A program made the translations under genes and the position numbers. A model generated the notes under the pieces. The model worked only from the letters and a program-made list of their open reading frames with translations, had not been told where the DNA came from and made no database searches. A stretch of DNA of 63,560 bases, counting the filler, from Octopus bimaculoides (taxonomy: Eukaryota), in assembly GCF_001194135.2 (NCBI RefSeq). It is 10 parts of 10 records of this genome, joined end to end, with 100 filler letters (N's around TTAATTAATTAA, not from the genome) between each part and the next. Parts side by side here need not be neighbours in the genome. Positions count along the whole stretch, not along the records: positions 32,417 to 37,425 come from NC_068990.1; positions 37,526 to 44,062 come from NC_068986.1; positions 44,163 to 50,428 come from NC_068993.1; 7 more parts are not named here. The stretch is one strand, 5' to 3'. This document shows positions 36,846 through 49,556 of the stretch, one piece after another (within the stretch, counting starts at the first letter, position 1; each line of letters starts with the position of its first letter).

Positions 36846-37291
36846 ATTAAAAAAATACGAATGGAGTGAGCAGATTTCCAGTGTTGGGGACCTCGTTACT
36901 ACCCTTACTAACGAAGTACCGGGTTTCTATTGTGTAATCAGCAACTATTAAAACTTATACAAGCACACTTAGTCAAACCACCCTCATCGATGGTGATGTA
37001 AGTCCACTCTATGGAAAATAGGTCATGTGTCCCGGTGTCGTTGTGTCTCAAATAAAATATAAATTAACTCTTGTTGGAATTTTTGAGCCACTTCAATCTT
37101 GATTGGTTAAGGGAACAATCTTTCTTACTCGTGAAGCTTTTCTGAAAAGGATTTCGAAAATACACACACGTGCTCGCACGCGCGCACACATATGTGTGTA
37201 TGTGTGTGTGTGTACATATATATGTGTGTGTGTATGTGTGTGTGTGTTTGTTTGTGTGTGCGCTGATATATGTATGCATATATATGTATAT

Positions 37292-37425
37292 AGGCGCAGG
37301 AGTGGCTGTGTGGGAAGAAGGCTTGTTTCCAAAATACATGGTTCCGGGTTCATTCTCACTGCGTGGCACCTTCGGCAGGCGTCTTCTACTATAACCTCGG
37401 GCCGACCAAAGCCTTATGAGTGGTT
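37292..37425 (+). mobile_element. SINE family A
   Basis: AGGCGCAGGAGTGGCTGTGTGG...GGTTCCGGGTTCA...GGGCCGACCAAAGCC. Confidence 0.8.
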
Positions 37426-37525
37426 NNNNNNNNNNNNNNNNNNNNNNNNNNNNNNNNNNNNNNNNNNNNTTAATTAATTAANNNNNNNNNNNNNNNNNNN
37501 NNNNNNNNNNNNNNNNNNNNNNNNN
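37426..37525. other. Artificial scaffold linker
   Basis: 44 N + TTAATTAATTAA + 44 N. Confidence 0.95.
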
Positions 37526-37687
37526 TATATATATATATATGTATGTATATGTATATGTATATATACGTATATTTAAGAAAAAGATGTGTTACGAACTGCA
37601 TTAACTTAAAGCTGTTTCTGATATAAGATGCAGTGGGACCCTAGCTGAGTGTCTGAATAATATCCTATATTAACATGCTCAAATCAA

Positions 37688-38295
37688 ATTTTGCAACACC
37701 ACTACACCACAGATTAAAAATGACATCGCTTGAGTTATATCAGGGTCTCCAGTTTGCTGACGTGAACTATCGCTTTCAAGTATCACCACAAGAAAAAATC
37801 TGGGCTAGTCAAGTTTGGGGAACGTGAAGGCCAGTTGACATTGCCGTAGCGGGAGATTATTCTCACTCCAAAGCACTGCCGTAGCAATTACATTGTTTCT
37901 GTTTCGTATGAACAGTTGCCCCATTTTGCTGGAACCATGTGTAAGGTCTACCTTCACGTTCCAAGACTTGACTAGTTCGGATGTTTTCTTCTGGGGATTC
38001 CAGCTGCAACTGAAGGAGAACATCAATAAAGAAATTATAGAAGTGGGGTCTGAAACTCTTGAGGATGTTATGGTGCCAGTTTTGGAAAGAGCACAAACGT
38101 GCGAATTCGAAAATGGCTGCCATTTAAGCGATGTCATTTTTCATATGTGATGTAGTGGTGTTGCAAAATTTGGTTTTTGCATATTAATTTCCATTTTATT
38201 CTTTATATTGTATCAATGTTTCATGCATTTATCTCTAAAGTTAAGGACGTTATTAAAAATTGAGACCCATGAATGACTTTGGGCACACCCTGTAT
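37688..38295. mobile_element. Fold-back of two 3' fragments of a Tc1/mariner (rosa/DD41D-like) transposase
   Basis: Minus: WFQQNGATVHT...NVNWPSRSPNLTSPDFFLW. Plus from 37951: PSRS.DLTSSDVFFWG...LKENINKEI...GCHLSDVIF. 37688-37722 pairs with 38127-38170; TIR-like end TTTGGGCACACCCTGTA. Confidence 0.75.
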
Positions 38296-39207
38296 ATATA
38301 TCTATATCTATATGTATGTATGTATATATATANNNNNNNNNNNNNNNNNNNNNNNNNNNNNNNNNNNNNNNNNNNNNNNNNNNNNNNNNNNNNNNNNNNN
38401 NNNNNNNNNNNNNNNNNNNNNNNNNNNNNNNNNNNNNNNNNNNNNNNNNNNNNNNNNNNNNNNNNNNNNNNNNNNNNNNNNNNNNNNNNNNNNNNNNNNN
38501 NNNNNNNNNNNNNNNNNNNNNNNNNNNNNNNNNNNNNNNNNNNNNNNNNNNNNNNNNNNNNNNNNNNNNNNNNNNNNNNNNNNNNNNNNNNNNNNNNNNN
38601 NNNNNNNNNNNNNNNNNNNNNNNNNNNNNNNNNNNNNNNNNNNNNNNNNNNNNNNNNNNNNNNNNNNNNNNNNNNNNNNNNNNNNNNNNNNNNNNNNNNN
38701 NNNNNNNNNNNNNNNNNNNNNNNNNNNNNNNNNNNNNNNNNNNNNNNNNNNNNNNNNNNNNNNNNNNNNNNNNNNNNNNNNNNNNNNNNNNNNNNNNNNN
38801 NNNNNNNNNNNNNNNNNNNNNNNNNNNNNNNNNNNNNNNNNNNNNNNNNNNNNNNNNNNNNNNNNNNNNNNNNNNNNNNNNNNNNNNNNNNNNNNNNNNN
38901 NNNNNNNNNNNNNNNNNNNNNNNNNNNNNNNNNNNNNNNNNNNNNNNNNNNNNNNNNNNNNNNNNNNNNNNNNNNNNNNNNNNNNNNNNNNNNNNNNNNN
39001 NNNNNNNNNNNNNNNNNNNNNNNNNNNNNNNNNNNNNNNNNNNNNNNNNNNNNNNNNNNNNNNNNNNNNNNNNNNNNNNNNNNNNNNNNNNNNNNNNNNN
39101 NNNNNNNNNNNNNNNNNNNNNNNNNNNNNNNNNNNNNNNNNNNNNNNNNNNNNNNNNNNNNNNNNNNNNNNNNNNNNNNNNNNNNNNNNNNNNNNNNNNN
39201 NNNNNNN

Positions 39208-39486
39208 NTCGGCGTCTCTTTCGTTCTCTCGGCGTCTCTCTCGTTCTCTCGGCGTCTCTCTCGTTCTCGCGGTGTCTCTCTCGTTCTCTCGGCGTCTCTC
39301 TCGTTCTCTCGGCGTCTCTCTCGTTCTCTCGGTGTCTCTCTCGTTCTCTCGGCGTCTCTCTCGTTCTCTCGGTGTCTCTCTCCTTCTCTCGGTGTCTCTC
39401 TCGTTCTCTTGGTGTCTCTCTCGTTCTCTCGGCGTCTCTCTCCTTCTCTCGGTGTCTCTCTCGTTCTCTCGGTGTCTCTCTCTCTT
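39208..39486. repeat. 20-bp minisatellite (TCTCGGYGTCTCTCTCGTTC)n
   Basis: About 14 head-to-tail units with no spacers; continues into the upstream gap. Confidence 0.9.
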
Positions 39487-40962
39487 TATATATATATATA
39501 TATATCAATGTAAATGAAGTCATCTTATAAAATGGAGACACTCGGGACACTTTGTGACACGCGAGTTCCCTCGGGGTCATTTGCATCCAAGTCTAAGATG
39601 AGCTTAAAAGCAGCGTATGCAGTAATGTACACAGGAAGAATTGTAACGACAATATCTAGTGAAACAACTGCAATAATTATGATTTTATGTTGATAGGCTT
39701 TGGCACGCAATAGATTGATTAGGAATGGCTTTCCATTTACTTCATATACATGAAGAAATGAAATTCGAGTTTCAGTGAGAAAAAATAGAATAAATGAACA
39801 AAATGAACTGTTCACCTATCTGCAGTGCTTAGGTTCATTGCTATTGACATTTACTATTTATGTATCAACATAATATAACATGTCTTTCAAAATGACTATT
39901 GCTAGATTATTTGCTTCAGTGTAATTAGATTGAGGGTAATTGTACTTTTGAAGTTCTGGAACATTTATATCATTGTGTTTGTAGATGAAAGCTTTCTTCT
40001 ATATTCTCTAGTTATATATCAGAGAATATTTCTTGGGCTCTATATCTGATGTCTTTGGCAAGAGCATCTTGAAACTTGGGTGAAAGCTGAAGCAATCTGG
40101 ATGAGTCACCATTTTAGAAAGCATGACAAAAAGAACCATGACACTCTTGGCTATCCGGGATGGAGAAGCTTCTGACAGTGTTGCATGACACGGGGCATCA
40201 CTCTTCATCAATCCAAATATAAAGCGTATAACTCTATGTGTGTAAGTCGAGGCGGTGCCTTTTGAATTCATAGTGCTTTTGAGACTGATGTGATTGATGC
40301 TTTACACTTTCGCTGAAACTGTTATAAGTCACTGGCTGCTGGAAGAATATACGATAGGATGATGAAGCAGTCAGCAGTGGAAACTAGGTATACAAATTAT
40401 GAGGTTAATTTGAAAGGATTAGATATAATTCATTATATTAGTTGAATCATTTACCTCGTTATTAGAATAAATATACAAATATACGTTTCACAGTAAAATC
40501 AAATAACATAATTCTCACTCTGACTTATCGATTATTGTAAATTGTTAATTGAATTAACAGATGACATACTAGCCTCCATTCCACGACTGAAAATACAAGT
40601 ATTGAGCTTATCTTTTGAATTTGATCTTACAGCAGCTTTTACTTATATGTCAGTTTACAACTCAATTAGATCCTTTACATCTCTTACCTTTAATGTTACT
40701 CAATTTCATCATTTTATGCATCAGTTATATTTAGCGCTTTCAAATTAACCTCATATTTTGTGTACCTAATTTCTACTGCTGACTACTCCATCATCCACCT
40801 CAGTAGCAGATTACCCAATCCAAGCCTTAAACTGATAAATATTCTTCTCTTTTCGTTTTTGTCTGTAAATTATAAACCCATATGGCGATTTCTTTACCTT
40901 CATCCACTAATATCAAATAACAGTTGCTCCTTTTTAGCTAGTATTCCGTCCTATTATTATTT

Positions 40963-41350
40963 GACCGTGGAGGCGCAATGGCCCAGTGGTTGGGGCAGCG
41001 GACTCGCAGTCATGGGATCGCGGTTCGATTACCAGACCGGGCGTTGTGGGTGTTTATTGAACGAAAACACCTAAAGCCCCACGAGGCTCCGGTAGTGGGT
41101 AGTGACGAACCCTCTGTACTCTTTCACCACAACTTTCTCTCATTCTTTCTACTTGTTTCTGTTGTACCTGTATTTCAAAAGACCAGCCTTGTCACACACT
41201 GTGTTATACTGAATCTCCACGAGAACTACGTTAACAGTACTCGTGTTTGTGGAGTACTCAGCCACTTACACGTTAATTTCACGAGCAAGCTGTTCCGTTG
41301 ATCGGATCAACTGGAACCCACGTCGTCGTAACTGGCGGAGTGCCACGATT
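40963..41350 (+). mobile_element. tRNA-derived SINE, family D
   Basis: GGCGCAATGGCCCAGTGGTT (A box)...GCGGTTCGATTACC (B box); ends CGTCGTAACTGGCGGAGTGCCAC. Confidence 0.8.
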
Positions 41351-41547
41351 ATTTGGCTAACCACAACTCTTCACATATAATCTTCATATACTTTGATTTT
41401 AATTCTTTATCTTCGATGAGTTATCTCTCGTATATGAGTATTTTACAACATAAGAATAACATTACTTCCTTTACTTACGATTACTTTTATTTTTGTTATC
41501 ACCATTCCATGCTTACACGAAGGCTTGCTTTTAAAATCTCTTAAATT

Positions 41548-41608
<61 letters not shown>
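41548..41608. repeat. (TATC)n microsatellite
   Basis: Direct reading. Confidence 0.95.
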
Positions 41609-41609
<1 letters not shown>

Positions 41610-41649
41610 GTTGTGAGATAAATTCGTTCGTTTGTTTTCCCATTTATTT

Positions 41650-42605
41650 TTGATTCCTACTTTCCAACTACAATTTTAACGAATCAGTCAATAATATACA
41701 TATAATATATTATTCATTGTACACTACTTCTTGCCAACTTTCCACTAGTTTTTCAGTGATTTGACGGTAGAAATTATCGGAAGTTGACTCGAAGAATTCA
41801 TCAAACCATATTTTCAGTTCCATGTGGTTGTTGAACGAGTCGCTATGTAGACTTTTGGAGAGCAACCGAAAAATGTAATGATATGAATGCGCTATATATT
41901 AGGAGAATATTAGAACTCTTGAATAACATTTTAGGTCACGTTAGAGACATGGGAGAAGGTGTTGTTTTGAATGTAAAGGTCTGCATTGAGAGTGTGGATG
42001 TGTTCAAGCATTTTGAAGTGTATTTACTCTTCCCAATCCTACACAGCTCTGGCTAGGAGTGAAGTGTTTCCTTCTCGGTAGTCACCTATTCCTCCCTCTG
42101 TTTTCTGTTGATATAAAAATATCATTTTTTTTATCGACGATGGCGGTGCGGTGAAGAAATCTCTGTACCGAGCGAGTGAACTTAGCGGTGTTAGTAAAAC
42201 GCTGGTGTTTCTCTCTTTTTTTTTTTGCAGAGCGTGTGGCACGTATGCATCGAATAATTGAATCTTAAAATCGAATGCAGGTGACGGGTGAGGGTATCAT
42301 TAGAGAATACCGTATGCTGAGCCGATATCTTTGTGGATCGGGGCAGGTATTCCTGGATAAGATCATTCAATCAATCATCATTGAACTGAACATGTCGACC
42401 GGGATGGGAAGAGTCTGTGACGTCGAATTGCCCCTCCATAAAGCATAAATTTCAATTCTGTGCAATTCTTTTAATAATAGCGCCTTGTTCGTACACAGCA
42501 TAAATGTCTGGAGTGATTTGGCAGCACTAGAACCTAGATTAAATGCGAAGAAGAGCAGGTGACGAAAATGCTAATTTTATTTTATATATACTTGGCACTC
42601 CATCG
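41650..42605 (-). pseudogene. Degraded mariner transposase
   Basis: MECQV...HFRHLLFFAFNLGSSAAK at the N-terminus; SYHYIFR..SKSLHSDSFNNHMELKIWFDEFFES...EKLVESWQEVV at the C-terminus. Confidence 0.75.
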
Positions 42606-43674
42606 TCATACGTCTGCCAAAAGGTAAAATTTACTGAATTTTCAAAAACAAGAAAACATTGAGGAAGCAGAGAACTGCAAAGAATCATGAAACACTACGA
42701 TAAAACTATTTTTCACATTAATTCAAGTAACAATGGGAAGAAATGAACGAATTTATCTTACAAACCAATAAATGCACACATACATACACACATGCGCACA
42801 TATGCGTACGTACAAATATAAAACCTGTCACTATTCATGCAATGTTAAAATTTCATTTTGCGTACTTTTGTTAATCAACTTCACGATTATTTACAGTCAT
42901 TGCCCCTTGTCAGTAATTCTATTTTACAGTTAAGTAATTAGCCACTTACTCTACAAATTTCAACACATACAAACAGTAAGTATAAAAGTATGCCATGTTA
43001 AATTTCGCAACTCAGTATATATTTTTTCCTCTAGATTTTCTTTTCCTTACATATTTCGCACATTACTTTAAGTATACTCCAACTACAACTTGTAAACTAT
43101 TTACGACACAAACACAATTAGTTTCTCCCATAAATCATTCTTTTTTTAAAACTTTCAATGTTTGTACATCTGAAAATTGACTACTTTCCAAAACTTATTT
43201 TTTGTCACTAACTACTTCCTAAACGATTTATTATATTAAGTTTTTCTTATTTTGCCAAAGAATTTTCAACATTATCCATTCTTCTTCTAAAACCACATGC
43301 TTTAAATCAGATTATATTAACTTCCTACTACAAATGTAAGCGCTTACACTTACTCTTACTTTCTCTGAAGCTCGCTTCAACCCTCACTCTTTTCATCACT
43401 ATTTCTAATCATTTCAAAATCTTTCTCTTCTATGTGCTAGTCCCAGCCTTCAGCTTTTTCTGATGGAATATATTTCAGTTTAATAAAACTTAAAAATTTT
43501 TGTCCCGACGTGATATTGGAATTTTATAGTCTCGTTATATTCTCTTCCACCATCTTGTCGTTAATTCCATAAATTGATATCCTTTTTGTCTAAACATTTA
43601 CGTATTATCTTTTACGATAAGCTTGACAAATCGCATCGACCTAAACAGTAGTGAAGTGTTATAATATATATGAC

Positions 43675-44040
43675 AGGCGCAGGTGTGGTTGTGTGGTAAG
43701 AAGATTGCTTCCCAAAGACATGCGTGTCATTTTCCGCAAGTGTCTTCTACTATATCCTCGGGCCGACCAAAGCCTTGTAAGTGGATTTGGTAGACAGAAA
43801 CTGAAAGAAAATGAAAAGTCCCCTCGTATATATATGTGTGTATGTGTGTGTGCGCGCACGCGCGCGTATTTTTGTGTCTGTGTTTATTCTCCGTAGCATA
43901 GCGATTCGGCTTAAGAGACCAATAGAATAAGTTCTAGGCTTAGAGAGAATAATTCCTGGGGTAAATTTCTTCGACTAAAAAGCTTTTTATGGCAGTGCTC
44001 TAGCATGGCCACAGTCAAATGACTGAAACGAGTAGAATAA
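43675..44040 (+). mobile_element. Composite SINE
   Basis: Family A head, (TG)n, 3' module. Confidence 0.75.
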
Positions 44041-44062
44041 TAAAGGAATATATATATATATA

Positions 44063-44162
44063 NNNNNNNNNNNNNNNNNNNNNNNNNNNNNNNNNNNNNN
44101 NNNNNNTTAATTAATTAANNNNNNNNNNNNNNNNNNNNNNNNNNNNNNNNNNNNNNNNNNNN
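44063..44162. other. Artificial scaffold linker
   Basis: 44 N + TTAATTAATTAA + 44 N. Confidence 0.95.
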
Positions 44163-44227
<65 letters not shown>

Positions 44228-44320
44228 GTGTGTACGTGTATGCGTGCGTGTTTATTTCACATTTGTTTTGCTAATATTTTGCACCTTATATTATATATTT
44301 CTCCTTCCATCCTCTTCCAT

Positions 44321-44354
<34 letters not shown>

Positions 44355-46095
44355 ATTTGTTTTTGTTTTTTAACTTTGTTTTCAGGGGAGAATTATCCAT
44401 TCTTAATCTTTTTATTCTCACATCCATCTTCTCTTCTCTTCTCTTCTCTTTTTCTCTCTTCATCTCTGTTTCTCTCTCCATCTCTGTTTCTCTCTCCATC
44501 TCTGTTTCTCTCTCCATCTCTCTCCATCTCTCTTTCTCTCTCCATCTCTCTTTCTCTCTTCGTCTCACGTTTTTCACCAGATATCCTCACCACGCGCAAT
44601 AACACACACACACACANNNNNNNNNNNNNNNNNNNNNNNNNNNNNNNNNNNNNNNNNNNNNNNNNNNNNNNNNNNNNNNNNNNNNNNNNNNNNNNNNNNN
44701 NNNNNNNNNNNNNNNNNNNNNNNNNNNNNNNNNNNNNNNNNNNNNNNNNNNNNNNNNNNNNNNNNNNNNNNNNNNNNNNNNNNNNNNNNNNNNNNNNNNN
44801 NNNNNNNNNNNNNNNNNNNNNNNNNNNNNNNNNNNNNNNNNNNNNNNNNNNNNNNNNNNNNNNNNNNNNNNNNNNNNNNNNNNNNNNNNNNNNNNNNNNN
44901 NNNNNNNNNNNNNNNNNNNNNNNNNNNNNNNNNNNNNNNNNNNNNNNNNNNNNNNNNNNNNNNNNNNNNNNNNNNNNNNNNNNNNNNNNNNNNNNNNNNN
45001 NNNNNNNNNNNNNNNNNNNNNNNNNNNNNNNNNNNNNNNNNNNNNNNNNNNNNNNNACACACACGCACAACCACACGCACAACCACTCACTCACCTACTC
45101 ACTCTCTCACACGCACATAAAGTTATTCGCAGACACACACGCACTCCTCGTTTTCCTCTTCACCCGCCTACGTCTCTTCTTTCTCTTACTAATTACTACC
45201 ATTCGTCATTAAAGATGAAAGTGAAGAACAAAAGAACAAAAGAATCAAACAAAAAAAAAATATGGTGGTTGGGTGTTTATGCCGATGATGAAGTAGAATA
45301 GCGGTGGGAGGGTGGTGGAACTGAGAGAGATGAGGTAAGAATGAGGAAAAGGATAAGGTATAAGAGATGAGGCTAAGTATGAGCAAGGTCTTATTATATT
45401 GCCAATGACTCTGTTGACAGATGTCTACAGCAACTAGTTAAACGCTCTCGTTTGCCTGAAGTTAAAAAAAAATAGCAGCAAAAGCAGGAAAAAAGAAGAG
45501 AGAAAAACAACCAAAAGCAACTGAAACAAATGGAACCAACAAGACAATACAAAAAAAATTAATACAAGCAAAAAGAAGATTGGAAAGATCAGCCGACATA
45601 TATTGAAAGGTTAAATGCTTATATCTATTCGTTTTACGTGATGAAGAAACATCAGGGTTAAATTTCACGAGAATCTTCTTCTCCCTACCACCTACTGATA
45701 CCTTGAAGAGAGCGTAGAGTCTTCTCGAGTAGAATTGCCAACAAACATGTGGTAATGAACAAAACTACTCTTGGAAAAGCTAGGGAGAAATAATTGAAGG
45801 GTTAGATTAGATGTTGAAGGGGCTGGGTTTGTTTTTGTTTGTTTATTTTTGTTTGTATATTATATTTTGGGGGTTTTCTTTCCTCTACCCTTTCTTCTTC
45901 CGCTGATGGGATACCAGCACGCGTACATGAATAAAGCTTTAACAAGACTCGATACATAAATACTTTTAAGTAACTGTGCGTATGTGTGTATATGTTTATA
46001 TATGTGTGCGTGTGTGTGTTCATATGTAAGTATTTACATACACGAATGCGTTTGTATTTACGTCAGTGTATATATGTGTGTGATGTACATTAGAC

Positions 46096-46548
46096 ACATG
46101 CATCACAACCGTATGTGCACGACATGGTGACCTTACACCAAAATAAACAGCGCATGACCTTGCAGGTGGGGCCCAGTTAGAATTTTTTCTTCAGGTCGAG
46201 TAGCCAATCTCGCTCAAAAGGTCCCTGAATAAGGTTTGTTTGAGGATGTTGAACGAAACACCCATGTTTCCTGAGGTAAATTATTCAAACTCCAAAGAAT
46301 GCCTCTCAACACATGGCTATGATGCTCCCCCACTACTTCTGCTCGTGATCAAGATGCACATATCATCAGCCACCTAGGGACATGCTCAACTGGTTAAGGT
46401 CAAACAACTGACAAGCTAGTCTGTGGTATTGAGCAGAAAATTTACTGTAGCCTATCTTTTATACCAAGACAAAACAATGTACATGATAACACTTCCAATC
46501 AGTTAAGATGAGAAGCCATGAAAGCCACTGCCTGGTACTGCATCAGGG
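46096..46548 (+). mobile_element. Second copy of the 757-1311 repeat, with long (ATT)n tail
   Basis: Direct homology; (ATT)n at 46550-46615. Confidence 0.8.
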
Positions 46549-46561
46549 AATTAATTATTAC

Positions 46562-46615
<54 letters not shown>

Positions 46616-46661
46616 TGTTAATGTTTTTGTTGTTGTTGTTTCTGTTTTTGTTGTTATTGTT

Positions 46662-46850
46662 AAGTCAAAGAGCTGGCAGAATCGTTACTGCGCCGGGCAA
46701 AATGCTTAGCCGCATTTCGTCTGTTCATACGTTCAATACTGCCGAGGTTGACTTTGCTATTCATCCTTTTGAGGTCTTTAAAATAAGTACCATTTGAGCA
46801 CTTGAGTCGATGTAATCGGCTTACTCCCTTCCACGAAGTTGCTTGTCTTG
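46662..46850 (+). mobile_element. SINE family B
   Basis: GAGCTGGCAGAATCGTTA...GAGGTTGACTTTGCTATTCATCCTTTTGAGGTC. Confidence 0.7.
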
Positions 46851-47400
46851 TGCAAGATGACCGAACGCATCGAGCAGACACCATAAAAACCATATCTTAT
46901 CACCAGTGATGATGGTCTTCATGAAGTCTGAGTCGTAGTTTGCACAGTCCAGCATGTCCTGAGCGATTTCCATATGAAGTTGCTTCTGCTGCTCCGCCAG
47001 CACCTTGGGGACGAATTTCGCCGAAACTCTCCGCATACAGAAATCCTCCTTTAAAATGGAAATCACTGATCCTGTACTTATTCCCACTTCGCGAACAATT
47101 TCCTGGTTTGTTACACAACGGTTCTCCATGACTGTTCGCCGAACCTTCTCAATCGGCTCTTCGTTTCAGCTTGTGGACGGCCTGTCTGAGCCTACCTCGC
47201 TCTCCTCCGAGGTTCAACCATGTTTCAAGCAGTTATATTACTCATTGATCTCAGTTTTGCCCATGATATCATCGTCAAAGACCTGCTGAGTCATTTTGAT
47301 GTTTTGAACTTGACTATCACCAAGCATTTGGCAAAACTTGATGCAATATTTCTGCTTGATGCGTTCGGTGTAAACGAAAATCCGACGGGTGCACACTACA
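46850..47400 (-). pseudogene. Mariner transposase 5' fragment
   Basis: MENRCVTNQEIVREVGISTGSVISILKEDFCMRRVSAKFVPKVL...FMKTIITGDKIW. Confidence 0.85.
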
Positions 47401-48158
47401 CGCTTATACTCTAGTCATAACAGCCGAGAACTGACATGGTCTACCGGTGCTAAAATTTTCACACATGTATAGGAAGAGTAGCGTCTCTTCCCACCCAAAA
47501 GATTTTACTCACGCAGTATTAGTTTTGGCGGAAAAAAATAAAGTCGGATGCTTTTTAAACGCATCGCATACTTGTTCAACAATACTTGTAGCTACTGCAA
47601 AGGCACCAGCTTTGACAGTGCTATTGTTCTAGCTATCCTCCATATTTTCACTGTTTCCAGTGCTATTACTACAGTAGAAGTGTCGTCGACGGTATTGTTC
47701 ATAGCAGTGTTTGGTGCAAGCGTGTTTATTTTATTCGTTTACGCTTCCGTAGTATCAGCCACGGAGATCGTTGAATTGTTACTACTCGTGATGCTAATAC
47801 ATATTCATAAGAATAAAAGAAAATTACCATGGGTTGTAACAACCTACAAATAGGCACACATTTGGTTATCATGCATAGGCCTAGACGTAAAAGGTGTATG
47901 AAGCAGAACTCGCAGCATGACGAGTATGTAAATACGGGTGGTTAGAACTTCTAGCGGCAATTTTAGGGTGGAGCTGCAAGGTGGCGGAAATTCCCGAAGA
48001 AGTGCATCATGAGATGCTACACACAAATGGGGGTGGAAGGAGTAGGAGTGGAGGGGGCAGCAAGGAACGAAAGCAAATTTATTAACACCCATATCTAAGT
48101 ATGGGTTTCTTTCAGAAAGTAAGAGATTGTTTAGAGAACCCAGTTCTATGATGGTTTC

Positions 48159-48217
<59 letters not shown>

Positions 48218-48519
48218 CGTTGCTTAGCTACAGAGAAAGAAGAGAGTAAATCTGGACACATAAATTTCTTGTTACTGGCGAAGGAAAATAGAAAAAAGAA
48301 GAAAAAGAAAAAAGGACACAAAATGGTGTAATCATGTTAATAGTAACGTTAGTCATCAACCGTGTTAATTAAATATATCAAATGATTGTATGGAACAGTT
48401 TATTCGTTGGAAAAGCCGAAAAACATCAAGTAAAAAAGGGACTAAGCCACAGCGGAATTGTTATATATTTTACAGTAACAATAAGGTTGAATCTCTGATT
48501 TTCAAGAAATGAAGCCAAT

Positions 48520-48790
48520 TTTCTTTTCAAGTGTTGAGTCTATTCTGCTAGAATCACAGTGCAGGTGGGTTGGAACGTGATGTGTACCGAGGAAACAGGG
48601 GTTCCCAAAGCTGTGTGCTACAACGAGTTGGTATGCAGAAGTCATTGAATAGGGCGCCCGAAATTTTGCTTTAAAGATGTCATCAACGAATAACATCTCG
48701 TTGAAGCGAGCGGCCTTGACGACGATAGTGCGAGAGAAAACAGCAGCTGACCTCAGACAACGGCGGAAAGCTTTCAAAAGTAGTGCAAAG
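48520..48790 (+). pseudogene. RTE-clade LINE ORF 3' fragment
   Basis: SVESILLESQCRWVG...FPKAVCYNEL...GRPKFCFKDVI resembles RTE/BovB LRWxGHV...GRPxxRxKD. Confidence 0.7.
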
Positions 48791-48864
48791 GTTGTAGAAT
48801 CGAATTACATGAAACAGCAAAAAGAAAAGAGAGAGGGAGAGAGAGAAGCTATAATAGAATCCAC

Positions 48865-49240
48865 AGGCGTGGGTGTGTGGAAATTTGCTTCCCAGCAACA
48901 TGGTTCTGGGTTCAGTCCCACAGGTGATAACTTCAACGAGTCTCTTCTAATATAGCACCGGGCAAACCAAAGCCTTGTGAATGGAAACTGAAAGAAACCC
49001 ATCATATATATTCAATGTGTGTGTGTGCGTGCATGTGTGCGTATGTGTGTGTGTGTGTGTGCCTTGTGCGTGTGTGTGTGTGTCTTGTGCGTGCGTGTCT
49101 GTGCTTGTTTCTCACCAGCGCTTGACAACCGGCGTTGGTTTAAGTTTCCATAACTTAAAATAAATACAGAGGACGATTTGTTCGACAATACCCTTCAATG
49201 CGGTGCCCCAGCATGGCCGGACTCTAATGACTGAAGAGTA
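48865..49240 (+). mobile_element. Composite SINE
   Basis: Family A head and 3' module with internal deletions. Confidence 0.7.
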
Positions 49241-49380
49241 AACAAGAGAGACAGAGACAAGCAGAAACAAGGAAAATGCCCCTTGTATTTTGAATACTAT
49301 GCAAATATTCTTTTAAAAAACTTTTCATTTAATTTTTCCAAAATCTAATTTTTTCAAAGTTCAATTGTTTTCCATACTTA

Positions 49381-49416
49381 CAGTTGAAAAAGTCTCAGTG
49401 ACCGAAACCGGTATTG
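49381..49416 (+). ncRNA. Degenerate minimal hammerhead-like motif
   Basis: CAG-TTGAAAA-a-GTC-tcagt-GAC-c-GAAAC-cg-GTA-TTG; palindromic stem III ACCGGT; core mutated at two positions. Confidence 0.4.
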
Positions 49417-49556
49417 AAATGTTTCTATAAAATTATATTAGCATTTTCTACCTTGACTTTTTTTTCCATATATATATATATCAACTAGTGTGTTCCTTTT
49501 CAACCTTCTACACACATATATATATACATACACACACACACACATATATATATATA

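Noticed and set aside
39208-39486. CRISPR-like array or Arg/Glu-rich protein
   Set aside because: Head-to-tail units without spacers in a eukaryotic context; the peptide is a by-product of (GA)-rich repeat.
40008-40271. 87-aa ORF
   Set aside because: No recognisable motif or splice structure; length compatible with chance.
40968-41040. Functional tRNA gene (also 1398-1456 and 24155-24225)
   Set aside because: A and B boxes are present but no complete cloverleaf; followed by SINE body sequence.
2336-45212. Long ORFs of 150-460 aa in the supplied track (e.g. 2336-3190, 22068-23105, 38213-39586)
   Set aside because: They are open only because they cross N runs or dinucleotide repeats (poly-[13 protein letters not shown]).
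47548-47853. Hydrophobic 101-aa membrane protein ORF
   Set aside because: Antisense reading of decayed trinucleotide-type low-complexity sequence; no splice or family support.
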